Part shown: positions 26,800 to 40,439 of the stretch, piece after piece
Numbering within the stretch: the first letter of the stretch is position 1
Layout: every line of letters starts with the position of its first letter
Source of the DNA: Octopus vulgaris
Taxonomy: Eukaryota
Direction: 5' to 3'
Length of the DNA: 64,000 nt
Assembly (NCBI GenBank): GCA_951406725.2
Contig: OX597828.1
Span: forward strand, 69,440,001-69,504,000
The notes under the pieces: generated by a model
What the model saw: the letters and a program-made list of their open reading frames with translations, nothing else
The model's database searches: none
Told to the model about the DNA's origin: nothing
Made by a program: the position numbers and the translations under genes

Positions 26800-27490
26800 G
26801 GATCGTCTTGAGCTCTGCATATCCCCAGTCGTCCCGGTCGGCCCTTTGTCAACTCCTCCATGTGGTTTAAAGTGCTGAAATTATCCACCATTGTGTCGTC
26901 GCATGCCTTCCTGGCTTTCTCCCTTCGGCAAGTTTGCATCAAACGATCGGACGATACTTTTTATCAAGCTGTTCGCATCCATACAAACCTCACAATACAA
27001 TTACCTCCCTTGCACGTCTGATCCCTTTTATATCCCATTTTTCTTCCAACATACTCGCACTTTCATGCTGACCAGCGTCGCCCATGCACACCGACATTTC
27101 ACCTCCAGCGGAGCATACTGTCTTCATTTCTCCGTGAGTTCTCTGTATCCAGGGTCCACTTATCGATCCCTCTCCGTGAGTGCTCTGCATCCAGGGTCCA
27201 CTTATCGATCCCTCTCCGTGAGTTCTCTGCATCCAGGGTCCACTTATCGATCCCATGTAGAATTCCTGTTCGGACACAACATCATACAACCTGTCATTCA
27301 TTCTGAAACAGAAACCTTTTGTTGCCAACAGAGGTAATAGCCAACTGAACCTTTTCTCCTTTCCTAGCAACTATATTTTCAGAACAGCCCCTTCCACTGC
27401 TAATTAGGTCTCCTAAGTAACAGTAGATAGCTACTCTCCCTCGGGATCCACTTGGGCATCTCAGAAATTTCTTTTCCTGCGTGCTCTTCG
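26800..27490 (-). mobile_element. RTE-like LINE 3' fragment with a 42-bp x3 tandem duplication (27131-27254)
   Basis: Decayed GRPRKTWD-like C-terminus (EKARKACDDTMVDNFSTLNHMEELTKGR). Confidence 0.5.
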
Positions 27491-27597
27491 TGTTTATTGG
27501 TCACGTGCATCAATCGCATACAAATTATACTTTCCCTCTAACCTGTTAATACACAGACATGCGCACGCACACACACACACAGATGCACGTATGCATA

Positions 27598-27661
<64 letters not shown>

Positions 27662-27672
27662 TATATGATGAT

Positions 27673-27704
<32 letters not shown>

Positions 27705-27759
27705 GATATATATGTATATATATGATGATATATGTATATATATAAATATATATATAAAT

Positions 27760-27804
<45 letters not shown>

Positions 27805-28191
27805 TATACATATATATACATATATATACATATATATACATATATAACATACATAATTGCATATATGGATAAATACATATTCACATACATACACATGCAT
27901 ATACACACATGCATATATTCACATGCATATATATATGCGTACGTGTATGTGCATGTGGTTGTGTGCGTGTATAAAACTTGTGATGCCACTTATCCTAGAC
28001 TCTTCTGCTCATTAAATAATCTGCAAATTTGTACTCCGAGTTTCCTATCTTTATTCTGCCAGGCACACGACAGCCGACTTTGTAACTGCGATTTCATTTA
28101 AGTGGAGCCGTAAATAATGGCTTTCATAGCGCAACGTCTTCTCGGCGAAATATTGCCGCCATTACCTCAAATTATTACATACGACTCACAC

Positions 28192-28685
28192 CCGCCGCCG
28201 CCGCCGCCGCCGCCACCGCCACCGCCGCCGCAACCACCACCGCCACCACCACCGCCGCCACCACCACCACCACCACCACCACCACCACCGCCACCACCAC
28301 CGCCACCACCACCACCGCCACCACCACCACCACCGCCACCACCACCACCGCCACCACCACCGTCGCCACCACCACCATCATCACTACTACTACTACTACT
28401 ACTACAACAACCACTACCACCATCACTACAACCACCACCACCATCACTACAACCACCACCACTATCACTACTACTATCACCACAACTACTATGACCACCA
28501 CAACCACCACCTTACTACTACTACTACTACTACAACCACTACCACCATCACTACAACCACCACCACCATCACTACAACCACCACCACTATCACTACTACT
28601 ACCACCACAACTACTACTACCACCACAACCACCATCTTACTACTACTACTACAGCTACTACTACTACACCCGATACTACCCACCA
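28192..28685. repeat. (CCG/CCA/CTA)n trinucleotide low-complexity tract
   Basis: Direct reading. Confidence 0.9.
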
Positions 28686-28974
28686 AACAAATAATAAAGT
28701 TCGCCATGTGACATATTCGGAATATTTTTCTTTTCCTAAAAAAAAAAATAATAATGGGAGTGTTGATTGGAAACAGGTTTCGTGTATTGTTGTTGTTGGT
28801 GTTGTTGTTGGTGGTGGTGGTGGTGGTGAAGGCGATGGAGGCGATGGTATTGGTAGGGGTGGTATTAGAACAAAGTGGGTGGATGCATAGTAAAGGGGTG
28901 GTGTATTACTTGCTTTATTGCGGCGGTGGGTGTCGTCGTTGTGTAACGCCAGCTCGACGTCGTCATCGCCGTCG

Positions 28975-29015
<41 letters not shown>

Positions 29016-29868
29016 GGGCACCGGGTGAACTCCCCCTCCCCGCCTGCCTTTCTCCCCAGCCAGACATTCCGACGTTGCTCGGCCGGGTTATTGTCTGTGT
29101 TTTTAGCCTGGAAGTGTCGGCCCTTGCGTCGAGCAAATCTATCGTCAAACGCACTCCACACATCACTTCTCCTTCTTTCATTTCAGTCATTGTGTATCTA
29201 GGAGTACATATTCCACTGAGTTCTTCCATTCGTTAAGACAGCAAGATGTGATTTGAATGGCGTGGCTTAGCTGCTACGTCTAGCAGGTCAACTTCCCGAG
29301 CGTTGAACTCATACACCTGTTTGTTGTTTACACACCTGTCTTCATATTTTGTTTTTGTAAATTCCAATTACATAGAAGAGTCAATCCTAACAGAGCAAAC
29401 CTATAAAGAAATGCAATCCAACCGTGACCGTCTCGACTTTATTTTTCAATATGCAGGAAATCTAGGACAAATTTGTCTAATGTATTGTTCTTCTTGCAAT
29501 CGTATCTTTCGATGGAGATTTGGCTGCGATTTCTAACAGCTTGCGTAGGGGTGCACAGGTTTCCTTGTTGGTTGAAGGTCCAGCTGAAACCCGCCACATT
29601 ACGACAACCCCATAACCACCACCACCACCACCACCACCACCTCTACCATCACTTCGAACACCATTACTATCGCCACTATCACACCACCACGACGTCCACT
29701 ACCACCACCACAATCACCACCACAATCACCATATATATGTGGTACGAAACTGGTATGATCTCTTGGACGTTGACTGATGAGGAATTAGCTACGAATTTTC
29801 TGTTATGTTTTTGCCAAATTTTCCATTTTTTTGTTTTTATTTAATCTTTGATATATATATAAATATAA

Positions 29869-29918
<50 letters not shown>

Positions 29919-29921
29919 GTA

Positions 29922-30085
<164 letters not shown>

Positions 30086-30496
30086 ATTAGGGAATAAATC
30101 CAAACTTACAGGGAAAAATTAGATTTAGGATTGAATCTAATTTTATAGTATAAATATATATTATATTAAATTAGAGATAAAACCACTATTAGGCAAATCA
30201 AACAGTGAAAAACATAAGCCAATACACAAAATTAATTTAAAAATATAAAAGATAAAAATTAAAAAATTATTAAAATAATTTAAACTTATAAATTTTAAAT
30301 ATATATATACAAATATATATATATATATATATGTATATTTTTATATTTATATATTATTTTGTTTATTAATTAATTAATTAATTTATTTATTTATTTATTT
30401 TTTATTTATTTATTTATTTTTTATAATTTTTTTATATAAATATCAAAATTACTAAAAGTTTATTGATTTGCCTAATAGTGGTTTTATCTCTAATTT

Positions 30497-30571
<75 letters not shown>

Positions 30572-30575
<4 letters not shown>

Positions 30576-31853
30576 GTTGGCAAGTAAGTTCCAGCCATTT
30601 TTTTAAATTTAAATTTTCTAAAAGGTTTAATAAAAAAATAACAACTAATTAATCAATAATGCATTCACTCTTGTTGTGTACAACTTCTTCCCAACGTTCA
30701 ACAAGATTTTCAATACCTCGTTGGTAGAAATCAACCGATTTCAACTCGAAAAATTGATCCAACCAAGCTCTCAATTCTTCATCAGTATTGAACGAAACTC
30801 CGCGCATGTCATTTGAAAGAGATGGAAAAAGGTGGAAATCCGTTGGTGCCAAATCAGGAGAGTACGGCGGGTGTGGAAGCACTTCCCAGCCATCCGTTTG
30901 AATGGCTTCCTTGGTCATATTGGCGATATGAGCGCGGGCGTTGTTGTGCAGCAGAAAATCTCCATGCTGACGATTAGGTCTTTTCTCTTGAATAGCCGCG
31001 TTGAGTCGTTCCATCTGTTGAACATAGAGTTCCGCGTTGACTGCTTGGTTCCGTTCAAGCAATTCGTAATGGATAATCCCTTCCTAGTCCCACCATACGC
31101 ACAACATCGTTTTTCGCGAAATAAGATCTTGTTTCACGCGCGTTGTCGCTTGTTTACCGCGGTTAAGCCATTCCTTACGCTGCTTCATATTGATGTACAG
31201 GCACCATTTTTCGTCGCCAGTAACGATTCGGTAAAGAAATCGTTGGTTGTGTCCATGAGTTGAGCGGTGATGAGCAAGCAAACAAGTGGAGATTGTGGCT
31301 CGTTGATTTTTGTTTTTGTCACTTCAAGCATGCGGAACCCAAGCTCTATACTTCTGAACCTTTCCCATCGAGTGAAGATGCTTCACTATAACAGTGTGGG
31401 AGCATTCTATTTTCTCACCCAGTTCCCTTGTCGTTTGACGAGAATTTTCGTGCAAAAGTTGGTTTAATCGCTCTTCATCGAACTCAACTGGACGGCCAGA
31501 ACGAGGTGCGTCTTTGAGGTCAAAATTTCCATTTTTGAACTTGGCATATCAATCACGAGCGGTTCTTTCAGCTATGGCACCTTCTCCATACACAGCACAT
31601 ATGTCAGCTTTTGTGGCCTTAGAACCTTGCTTAAAAGCAAAAAGAAGGAGGTGTCGAAAATGCTCGTTTTCTTAACTTGACATTCCATTTTAATGATCTG
31701 AAAATAAACAAAATTAGCTAAAATTAACTAGAATATGAAAAAAAAAAAAAAATAATAATAATAATAAATTCCAAAATGATTCAAAAATAGAATTCTCGAA
31801 AAAGATAGATTCCAAAATTTAAAAAAAGGGTGGGTACATAGTTGCCAACCCAA
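30572..31853 (-). mobile_element. Full-length mariner transposon (~1.28 kb) inserted in (TA)n
   Basis: Imperfect TIRs TTAGGTTGGCAAGTAAGT / ACATAGTTGCCAACCCAA with TA flanks, enclosing a transposase pseudogene. Confidence 0.95.
30649..31688 (-). pseudogene. Mariner DD34D transposase pseudogene
   Basis: MECQVKK..HFRHLLLF, WVPH, TGDEKW, LLHNNAR (second D lost), HPPYSPDLAPTD, with frameshift and stops. Confidence 0.95.
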
Positions 31854-31891
31854 TATATATATATATATATATAAGAGAGAGAGAGAGAGAG

Positions 31892-31960
<69 letters not shown>

Positions 31961-33423
31961 ATATGTTCTGTATGCACTCGGAAGCTGAGTCACCGATTTT
32001 GACGTATGAGGCATCAAAAGATTCAGCAATCTTTCGGCTACCAAATATTCTTCATTTTGATTTACATGTTTTTTACATTATCACAACAGCTAGCTATAGT
32101 TATTTGAAAGACACTGCTCTACAACGACCAGGTTTCATTAGAAAATGGAAATAGTTTCACACTTTCAATTTGAACCAAAATTACAAAGTGTTGCATTATG
32201 AAAGTAACTATAATAGTCACTATAATAGTACTATAATAAAGAAAGCTGCTTATCATTTATCTATATATATATTGAATATAAAGGCTACCAAATAAACTGT
32301 ATTTTGGCACAACAACTCTTTCTACTACTAAAATAAACCTCGGAAACCTGGTCGGGTAGCACCATTTTGAGGTTATTTTCGGGCGATATTTCGATTTGCT
32401 TCTAATGTTTCACTTTCGTCCGGTGTTTGACGCATCCGTAGAATTCTACTCAGAGAAGCATTTATGAGAATGTACACATAAATGTTGTATTAAAATAAGC
32501 CACGACCAAAAAACTTTCATTAAAAGACATACATTTCTCTATATGTTATGGGGAAATAGTCACTCACTCTCTCTCTCTCTCTCTCACATGCACAAGCACA
32601 CGTACACATACATGCAAAAAATATGAATGCATATGTATTTATGTACGTACATATGAAAGATAATGTGCGTGTGTGAGTGTGTGTGTGCGGGAGAGAGAGA
32701 GAGAGCGAGTGAGTGCCACTAACACATACATGCAAAAAAATACATACATGACAACACACCTTCACCCGCTCAATCTCTCTGTCTATTTGTCTGGCTGTCC
32801 CCTTCTCACACTCTCTCTCTCTCACTCACACACACACACACACACACATACACACACATGTCCATTTCATATACACGTGCATACATCTTTCACTTTCTCC
32901 TCTCTTTCACTTTCTGCTCTCACTTCAAGGTAAATGTCGCCTTTTCACTTTCTCTTTCAATTTCTGCTCTCTTCAAAGCATAAAGAAATAAAAAATATTT
33001 TACGGAAATAAACGAAGTATCATATGATCCCATATGATCGACCACGTGACCGAGTTGACAAATTTGCTGCTTCACACGAAAGAATGCCATAAAATAACTT
33101 CCTTTGGCACACACACATACACACACACACATACAAACAAACACGCACACACACACAAACAAACAAACACGCACACACACAGACATACACACGCACACAC
33201 ACAAATACGCTCAAGGTAAAAGTCGATAAGTTCGCGTTTGAGTTTGAGCCCTGGAATCGACGTTAGTGATTTCGACCTCACCTCAAGATTGCTGGCCTTG
33301 TGTCAGAAATTAGAAAGAATTATTGCTGTTTAGTCTTATGTCAATAATCATCAAGCAGGCTAATCATCAAAAACATTCCAGCCGTGACACCCTCGTCTTC
33401 CGGGGATATATTTTATGAATGCA

Positions 33424-33807
33424 CTAGCAGTATCGCCCGGCATTGCTCAGATTTGCAAGGGAAATAACTATAAAGCATTTTTAGAGAGTTATAGCCAAAA
33501 AACAGCAAAAAAATGGAAAAAAATGATGGTAAATTTTTTTTTTTAGTTAAAAAAGGTGGAGTTGCGTCCCCTAGACAGTTTGCGGTTTGTGTTTCTGATT
33601 CTCGACCCCATGTCGAATTTATCTATTTTTTTCAGAACTGGGGGAACTTTTCAAAATTTTCGCTGCGTTAGTTTTGAATTATGACATTGGGCTATGTGTG
33701 TGTCAAATTTCATCAGAATCGGTTGAAAGCCGTGGTCAGGGTGAGGGTACAAGCAAACAGACACACAGAAACACGCACAGACAAACTGCCGTTTATATAT
33801 AGAGAGA
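33424..33807 (-). mobile_element. Non-autonomous Helitron (384 bp)
   Basis: 5' TCTCTCTATATATAAACGG, subterminal hairpin, 3' CTAG, A|T insertion site. Confidence 0.75.
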
Positions 33808-33949
33808 TTATCTAACCATGTCTTTACTTACGACAGGATGTTCGTCGCTATTTCTTCTATATACAACTATCCTCGTTTATCACGGGTGTTTTGATTAGAA
33901 CAATAAAGACCTACCGTGTTAAGTGATTCACTGATAAATAAATAATAGA

Positions 33950-34520
33950 AAATATGGGGGGGGTTGATTTCCTGAGCCTAGTGGGTTGTATGTGGTGGTT
34001 GGGGTAGCTCTTTTGTGGTCAAAGCAGAATTGCCGACCTGTGCTATCACATACCAGTCCATAATAAGTATCACATGGCTCACAGTTGAACGAACCGTGCT
34101 ATCTTGGTAAGTGAATCAGTGACAAACGTGCGTAGATGCATAAGTGTGTGGGAAGGTGTGTTAAGACAGAACAATATAATGTGTATCGCCCTTGTATCGC
34201 ATATCTATTACACGGGTTTGACGATCAAGAAAGTAATTTGCACACCAAAGGCGTGTCCTTTGTTGAGAAGGTAACCAAGAATGAGGTCAAAAGCTATTCT
34301 GAGGTCGATGGTAATGTGCGTGGGTTTGTAGTTTCTTTCTGTATTCTTTTGCGTAGAGTGTTTGTATAAAATGCGGGCGGAGAGTGGTTGGAACCGATGT
34401 TGTGAGTTGAGGCGAGGATGGCATGGATGGCGAGGAGACAAGAAAGGTTAGTTTCCTGAGGTGTGAGTGTTGCTTCGGTTAAATCTTTGTCCGTCATTTG
34501 AATAGTCATAACTCTGTCAA
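33950..34520 (-). mobile_element. Decayed I/Jockey-like LINE RT fragment
   Basis: QHRFQPLS...ITIDLRIAFDLI, corresponding to the QHGFRP...IDISKAFD motifs. Confidence 0.5.
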
Positions 34521-34524
34521 GTGA

Positions 34525-34700
34525 AGGCGCGCGGCTTAGTGGTATGGGTATTTGGCTCACGATTCTGATGCCTTGAGTTCGATTCCTGGTGGTGTGTTGG
34601 GGCCTTGAGCAAGGCACTTTATTTCCCTTTGCTCCAGTCCACTCAGCTGGTAAAAATGAATTGTACCCGAATTTCAAAGGGCCAGCCTTGTCACGCTCTG
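34525..34700 (+). mobile_element. tRNA-derived SINE (family D-like head and core)
   Basis: GGCTTAGTGG..GAGTTCGATTCC..CTTGAGCAAGGCACTTTATTTC..CCACTCAGCTGGTAAAAATGA. Confidence 0.7.
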
Positions 34701-34724
34701 TATCAGACTCCCTGTATCAGAATC

Positions 34725-35000
34725 TCAGCAGAATTTGAACTCAGAACAGTAAAGACAGACGAAATACCTATTTCTTTACTACCCACAAGGGGCTAAACAC
34801 AGAGAGGACAAACAAGGACAGACAAACGGATTAAGTCGATTACATCGAACCCAGTGCGTAACTGGTACTTATTTAATCGACCCCGAAAGGATGAAAGGCA
34901 AAGTCGACCTCGGCGGAATTTGAACTCAGAACGCAGCGGCGGACGAAATACCACAAAGCATTTCGCCCGGCATGCTAACGATTCTGCCAGCTCGCCGCCT
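34725..35000 (-). mobile_element. SINE family B
   Basis: Reverse complement of family B. Confidence 0.85.
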
Positions 35001-35088
35001 TCCTTTTAGTAATAATAATAATCCACGATTTACCAATATTCGGAAAAGTATTGCATTTCAGTATACCTTTCTACCTTCAAAGTCGATA

Positions 35089-35490
35089 GGTGGCGAGCTG
35101 GCAGATTCGTTAGCACGCCGGGCGAAATGCTTAGCGGTATTTCGTCTGCCATTACGTTTTGAGTTCAAATTCCGCCGAGGTCGACTTTGCCTTTCATCCT
35201 TTCGGGGTCGATAAATTAAGTACCAGTTACGCACTGGACTCGATATAATCGACTTAATCCGTTTGTCTGTCCTTGTTTGTCCTCTCTGTGTTTAGCCCCT
35301 TGTGAGTAGTAAAGAAATAGGTATTTCGTCTGCCGTTACGTTCTGAGTTCAAATTCCGCCGAGGTCGACTTTACCTTTCGACTTCAGCCTTTCGTAGTCG
35401 ATAAATTAAGAACCAGCGACGTACTGGGGTCGATCTAATTGACTTGCCCTCTCCCCAAAAATTTCGAGCCTTGTACCTAGAGTAGAAAAG
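35089..35490 (+). mobile_element. SINE family B dimer
   Basis: Head followed by two bodies. Confidence 0.85.
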
Positions 35491-35899
35491 AATGTGGGTA
35501 AATCGGTAGCTCTGCCTTAATTTATCTTTATTTCTTTTTTTTTTCTCACGCTGTGGATTCGTGAGTTTCGCGAATATGTGGCAACGTGAGATAAGTATGA
35601 ACGTCACGCTGCACATGATTCGGTTGCATCAACCCTGATAAATTTAGCAACACATGAAACTGAAGTATTTGTATCAAGCTGCGCTTGGTGAGAGAGATTA
35701 ATTTAGAATCCAGTTAGTATCGATATCACGACGGTGTAAGGTTGACTGTTGGTCTGTGATCTCATTAGCGTTATCGAAACCTCGCTGACAGGGAATTTTC
35801 GGAAGTGGAAAAGCAAAAGATATGAGGTAATGTAAGCCTCATTGAGCTTTTATGAGCAATGTTATTTAACAAAGTAATTTTTTATGTAAGTAGGTCTCG

Positions 35900-36870
35900 T
35901 TGGTATCATCAAATACTTCAGTCCCACCCATCCAAGAATAAAACGGATTCTAAGGAAATGAAGTGAAGCGCACGTGATCAGAAGAATGTTAAAAATTATC
36001 TGAGGTGTGGCTTCAATGACTTGAAAGAAAGAAAGGGGTGCGTTTCGTGTGGGAAGCTCTTGTTTTATGACGAAGTGAAATCGAAAAGCCTTCTTGGTCA
36101 CTTTTGTAAAGTTCACAGTGCGATTGCTGGTACAACTGTGAAGAAATTTCGAGAATTGAGACGTACTCTCCAAGATCAACGGTTGGATTCTATAGAACAT
36201 TTTATTTATTACGAAAGCCAATGCACTCTGCAGTTTGCGCAGGAGAAAATGTGTGATAGTGCAGGAAAAGCAGCTATTATGTTCGGAGCTGAGATTCTTG
36301 CGAGAAGTATACTAAAAGAGAAACAATGAAACTCTCAAGAGTTTACTGCCACTGACAACACCATTCCATGTCAAGGAAAGGAAATAGCTGCTGAGTTGCA
36401 TAATGTTGGTGAACTGAAGAATTTGCTAGAAAGTTCAACCATTCAGCTCAAGGAAGCAACTGATGTTTTTAACCGGACTCAACTGATCTAATTTATCAAC
36501 TGATTTAATGTATCGGAATATCTTTCGAGAGATAAATATGTTGAAACGTTCTCTAATAGAAAAAGAAAATATTCTAAGATCAACGATGGAGAAAAGACGT
36601 TTCCTGACCACAAAAAAACTCCAGACAACCCAATGGTTGTTATATTTATCAAATTTGATCAGTTTATTAAAATTAGCGAAGTCCGTTGCTCGGCAATCGA
36701 AATGGGAAGGTGGAGGATATTGGTTCGTATTTCAGTTGGAACTTCACATGGACAAAGTTACCATTGTCTCTGTCATTTGCAAAAGACGGATTTCCAAAGT
36801 CGAGAAATGATTCTGTGAGCCGAAGCACATTTGACAATATCGATGGAATTTCCTTTTTTGTGTGTGGAGG
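35900..36870 (+). pseudogene. Decayed hAT (Charlie/Buster-type) transposase fragment
   Basis: CVSCGKLL..KSKSLLGHFCKVH (BED-like finger) and TIQLKEATDVFNRTQLI*FI (LQLDESTDV.N.AQL motif). Confidence 0.7.
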
Positions 36871-36884
36871 AGCTGCTAATATAT

Positions 36885-37032
36885 TCTTTTCTACTCTAGG
36901 CACAAGGCCCTAAATTTTGGGGGAGGGGGCCAGTCGATTAGATCGACCCCAGGACGCAACTGGTACTTAATTTATCGACCCTGAAAGGATGAAAGGCAAA
37001 GTCGACCTCGTCGGAATTTGTACTCAGAACGT
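36885..37032 (-). mobile_element. SINE family B partial
   Basis: Matches 8430-8580. Confidence 0.8.
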
Positions 37033-37326
37033 AGAGCTTCTAATATATTCGAAACAATGTCCTCATCTTTGTTGTCACAACGTTTATATCGTTGTATCCT
37101 TCTTGCCTGCGCCAGATACCTGCCATATTCCGGAGCGTTCAAAAAACTTCTGAACTGAACTCTTCATTCAAGCACATTATCCTCATTTCGTGCTCATACT
37201 CTCCTACTTGTCCTGCCGCTGAGAATACGTTGTTTTACTTCCCAGAGATTGAACTTATCTCCACTTGCTAAGTCACTACATTTAACCAACATTCATGCCC
37301 GCTATTCCTTGGTGCCTTAGGATAGG

Positions 37327-37709
37327 GAAGCACTCCGTCGGTTACGACGATGAGGGTTCCGGTTGATCCGAATCAACGGAACAGCCTGCTCGTGAAATTA
37401 ACCTGTAAGTGGCTGAGCACTCCACAGACACGTGCACCCTTAACGTAGTTCTCGGGGATATTCAGCGTGACACAAAGAGTGACAAGGCCGGCCCTTTGAA
37501 ATACAGGTACAACAGAAACAGGAAGTAAGAGTGAGAGAAAGTTGTGGTGAAAGAGTACAGCAGGGATCACCACCATCCCCTGCCGGAGCCTCGTGGAGCT
37601 TTTAGGTGTTTTCGCTCAATAAACACTCACAACGCCCGGTCTGGGAATCGAAACCGCGATCCTATGACCGCGAGTCCGCTGCCCTAACCACTGGGCCATT
37701 GCGCCTCCG
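37327..37709 (-). mobile_element. tRNA(Arg)-like-derived SINE family C, full length
   Basis: Near-identical to 53533-53916, with approximate TSD GCCTTAG.ATA. Confidence 0.9.
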
Positions 37710-39479
37710 CCTTAGTATAAGTGTGCCACAGAAAGAAGAAGCTTTAAACTGAACACATTCTCTTTACATTTCGCCGTCCTTTTAACGGTCTTCAGACTAA
37801 ATTCATTAATACTAAATCCATAACAAGCACTGAAGGGGTTAGTCGGTGGCAGTTGAAGGGGTTCTAGTGGGTAGCGTATTCGGTTGAAGGGGTCAAGTGG
37901 GTGGCGTGTTCGGCTCGTGATCATAAACTCGTGGGTTCAGTTCCTGAACCGGGCGGCACGTTGCATCCTTGAGCACTTCACTTCCTTTCACGTTGCTTCC
38001 GTCTACACGGCTGAATAGTGAATGCCCGCCTTGGTGCTTGTGCATCCGTATCTCTCTTTCCAGTTGTCATATCTTCGGTGTTCCGCTGGGTCTAAGAGTG
38101 AGGACCACCGACAGCGTCTCGTCAATGCCTGCCCGTCATTACAATAAGGTATATAAAAATGTTACACCTGTTACAGAGCCTCGTACCTCTCATCAAACCC
38201 TAATCTTCACCCCGGCCAGTGACGGTTGGATGCTTTAACAACAGCTCTGCAGCAAATGACAAATAGTTCTCCATTTTGTGCACTTGTGCTTTGCATAACA
38301 CACAATTTTGTGTTGGGATAATTTCAACCTGTCAGACTTTAAATAGGGATAAAACTTAGGGGGAAAAAATTAGGGACCTCTGACAATAGAGACTCCTTCT
38401 TCGCCACGTTATGTTTTACGTGTCTTTTTCTTTCATTTTCTTTTCTTTCCATTTTTGTCTTCTTTCTATTATTCTTGTTGTTGTGGTGGCGGTGGTGGTT
38501 TTGGGTGAATGATTTCATGAACGCATTTAATAAGTGGAGTCTTCAGCTTCGTGCTGAAATCTGGATTAAGGTCTTACACATGAAATGCTTCCTATGACAC
38601 GTGATGTGGCGTCACCATTATTACGATCCTAAACCTTACTAATTATATCAAACGCAATTTCATGGCTGGTTTTTGTTTTGTTGTTGTTTTTTTCTTTTTT
38701 TTTATGCTGAATACAAATTATTCGCTTGTTTTTCGTTGAGTGTTTTCTTTGTTTTTCATATTTAACCGAATTATTAATTTGGTTGTGGCGTTTTAGTGTG
38801 GATGGCATTTTCTGATTTGTAATTGTACCTGATGTTTGCGAGGTTCCTTATTTCTGTTTGAGCAATTAAGACATTATTTGAAGTTGGTAGTGATGGTGGT
38901 TGTGGTGGTGATGATGGTGGTGGTGGTTGTGGTGATGGTGGTGGTGGTGTTGTTCGTTATAATGGTGTTATTAGGGGTGGAGTCTTTGGGCTATTGGTAT
39001 TGTGGTTAGTGTTGCTATTGCAATTGTTGTTAGGGGTGGTCGTGGGTGGGATTCGTGTTGACAGCGAAATGCTAATGATGGTGTTGGCGATGTTGATGAT
39101 GATGATGTTATTAGGAACGGATAGTCAGTGGTGGTGATGGTGGTGGTGGTGGTGTAGTGGTATTGTCTGGTGGTGTCTTACATCTTAGTTTAGTCGCGCC
39201 CTAGAATTATGAACGAGTCTTCGATCACTTTGTGGGAATAAATTTTTAAAAAAGAAACAATAAAGTTTACAAACAAAAGAAAGAAAGAAAGAAGGAAAGT
39301 AAAAAGAAAGAAAGGTAATATTTAACCAAGCAGACTCTGACATTTACACAATATATATAAAAAGTGAACAACAATTTCACAAAAAAAAAAGGTCAGGTCA
39401 GCAACAATGGAATCTGTAACTAACAGCTAATCTTTTGTTAACGTGGCCCGCCAAAGAAAAAGAAGAATAGAAATTTAGA

Positions 39480-40390
39480 ATGTAGGTCAGTTCCCAAAGA
39501 TAAGACGTGAGAAAGGTATGTGGAGAAGTGTACTGTCACCTTGCCTGATTAGGACATAGCATCTCCAGAGATTCCGGAACGGTGGGCAGGTGTGGTTGCT
39601 GTTTGTGAGATATGTTTTTTGTTTTTCGTTTTTTTTTTTGCAGCTCATCTCTTCGATGTTGCTAGCGTCATGTGTGAAGCGAAGGACTGAGAGTGGATTG
39701 CATGCCTGGCCTCCGGATTTTTATGAGGCACTTACAGTTCTTCTGTCTGACAATGAGGTCGGAAACGGGTCAAGAATGTTGGGGGGGGGGGGTAGCAGGA
39801 TTAGTGATGGGCAAAAACGATAATGTTCTTGGGAGAACTCTCAACGTCGACAAACAACAATTAAACAATATGTATTGTGAATCACTTTCAGTTCCAAGTC
39901 TATGAACAGCTTCCAGAGATTCATAGTCTGATAATGGTTATCATTTCGACCCAGTCCGACTGACATCATTACCATAACTGTCGAGTTTAATCCGGTAATG
40001 TCCCTTTGTAGCGCTTCCTGGTCAGGAATGTCTGGGAATTACCTATATTTTTCAGGCTGAAAGTCCTCCAGAATAGTCTGCTTAATGAATCTTCGTGGAG
40101 AATTGTGGGCGTCTGACAAAATTCCAGATGGCAGGAGCTCAGTTTTGGTCTTAAGTTGACATAAGACTGCAGCTCCATCAAAAACATTGTTTTCAGGAAC
40201 ATCTGCCTCACAAACAATGATCCACCTTCGTTCACTGTCCAGAAATCTCTGGGGATGCCACAAATTTAGCGCATGTCTATTCATCGTCTGCCACCTCAAA
40301 CTGAATCTTCCGTCCTGAGAATGTTGGAAGGCGGCGAGCCTTTTTATCTGTAATATGCAGAACGGTAGACTGTTTTTCAGAATCATAAAA
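39480..40390 (-). mobile_element. Decayed putative Academ (XPG-nuclease-type) DNA transposon fragment
   Basis: VFDGAAVLCQLK, SRLFWRTFSLKN..RKRYKGTLP, SLSDRRTVSAS (ALTGCDTVS-like) and HLPTVPESL, in collinear order across frameshifts. Confidence 0.45.
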
Positions 40391-40439
40391 TTCTAATGAT
40401 GTAAATTATGAAAACAATTTAGAATTCATAAATCTCCCT

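Noticed and set aside
28117-29236. Poly-Pro/His/Asp ORFs, also 42360-43108 and 25585-25912
   Set aside because: Trinucleotide tracts open in several frames, with no domain or splice support.
38520-38800. Homeodomain/E-box-rich unique stretches (also 28000-28190, 33020-33110) as enhancers
   Set aside because: Short motifs are expected by chance in AT-rich DNA, so conservation or chromatin data would be needed.
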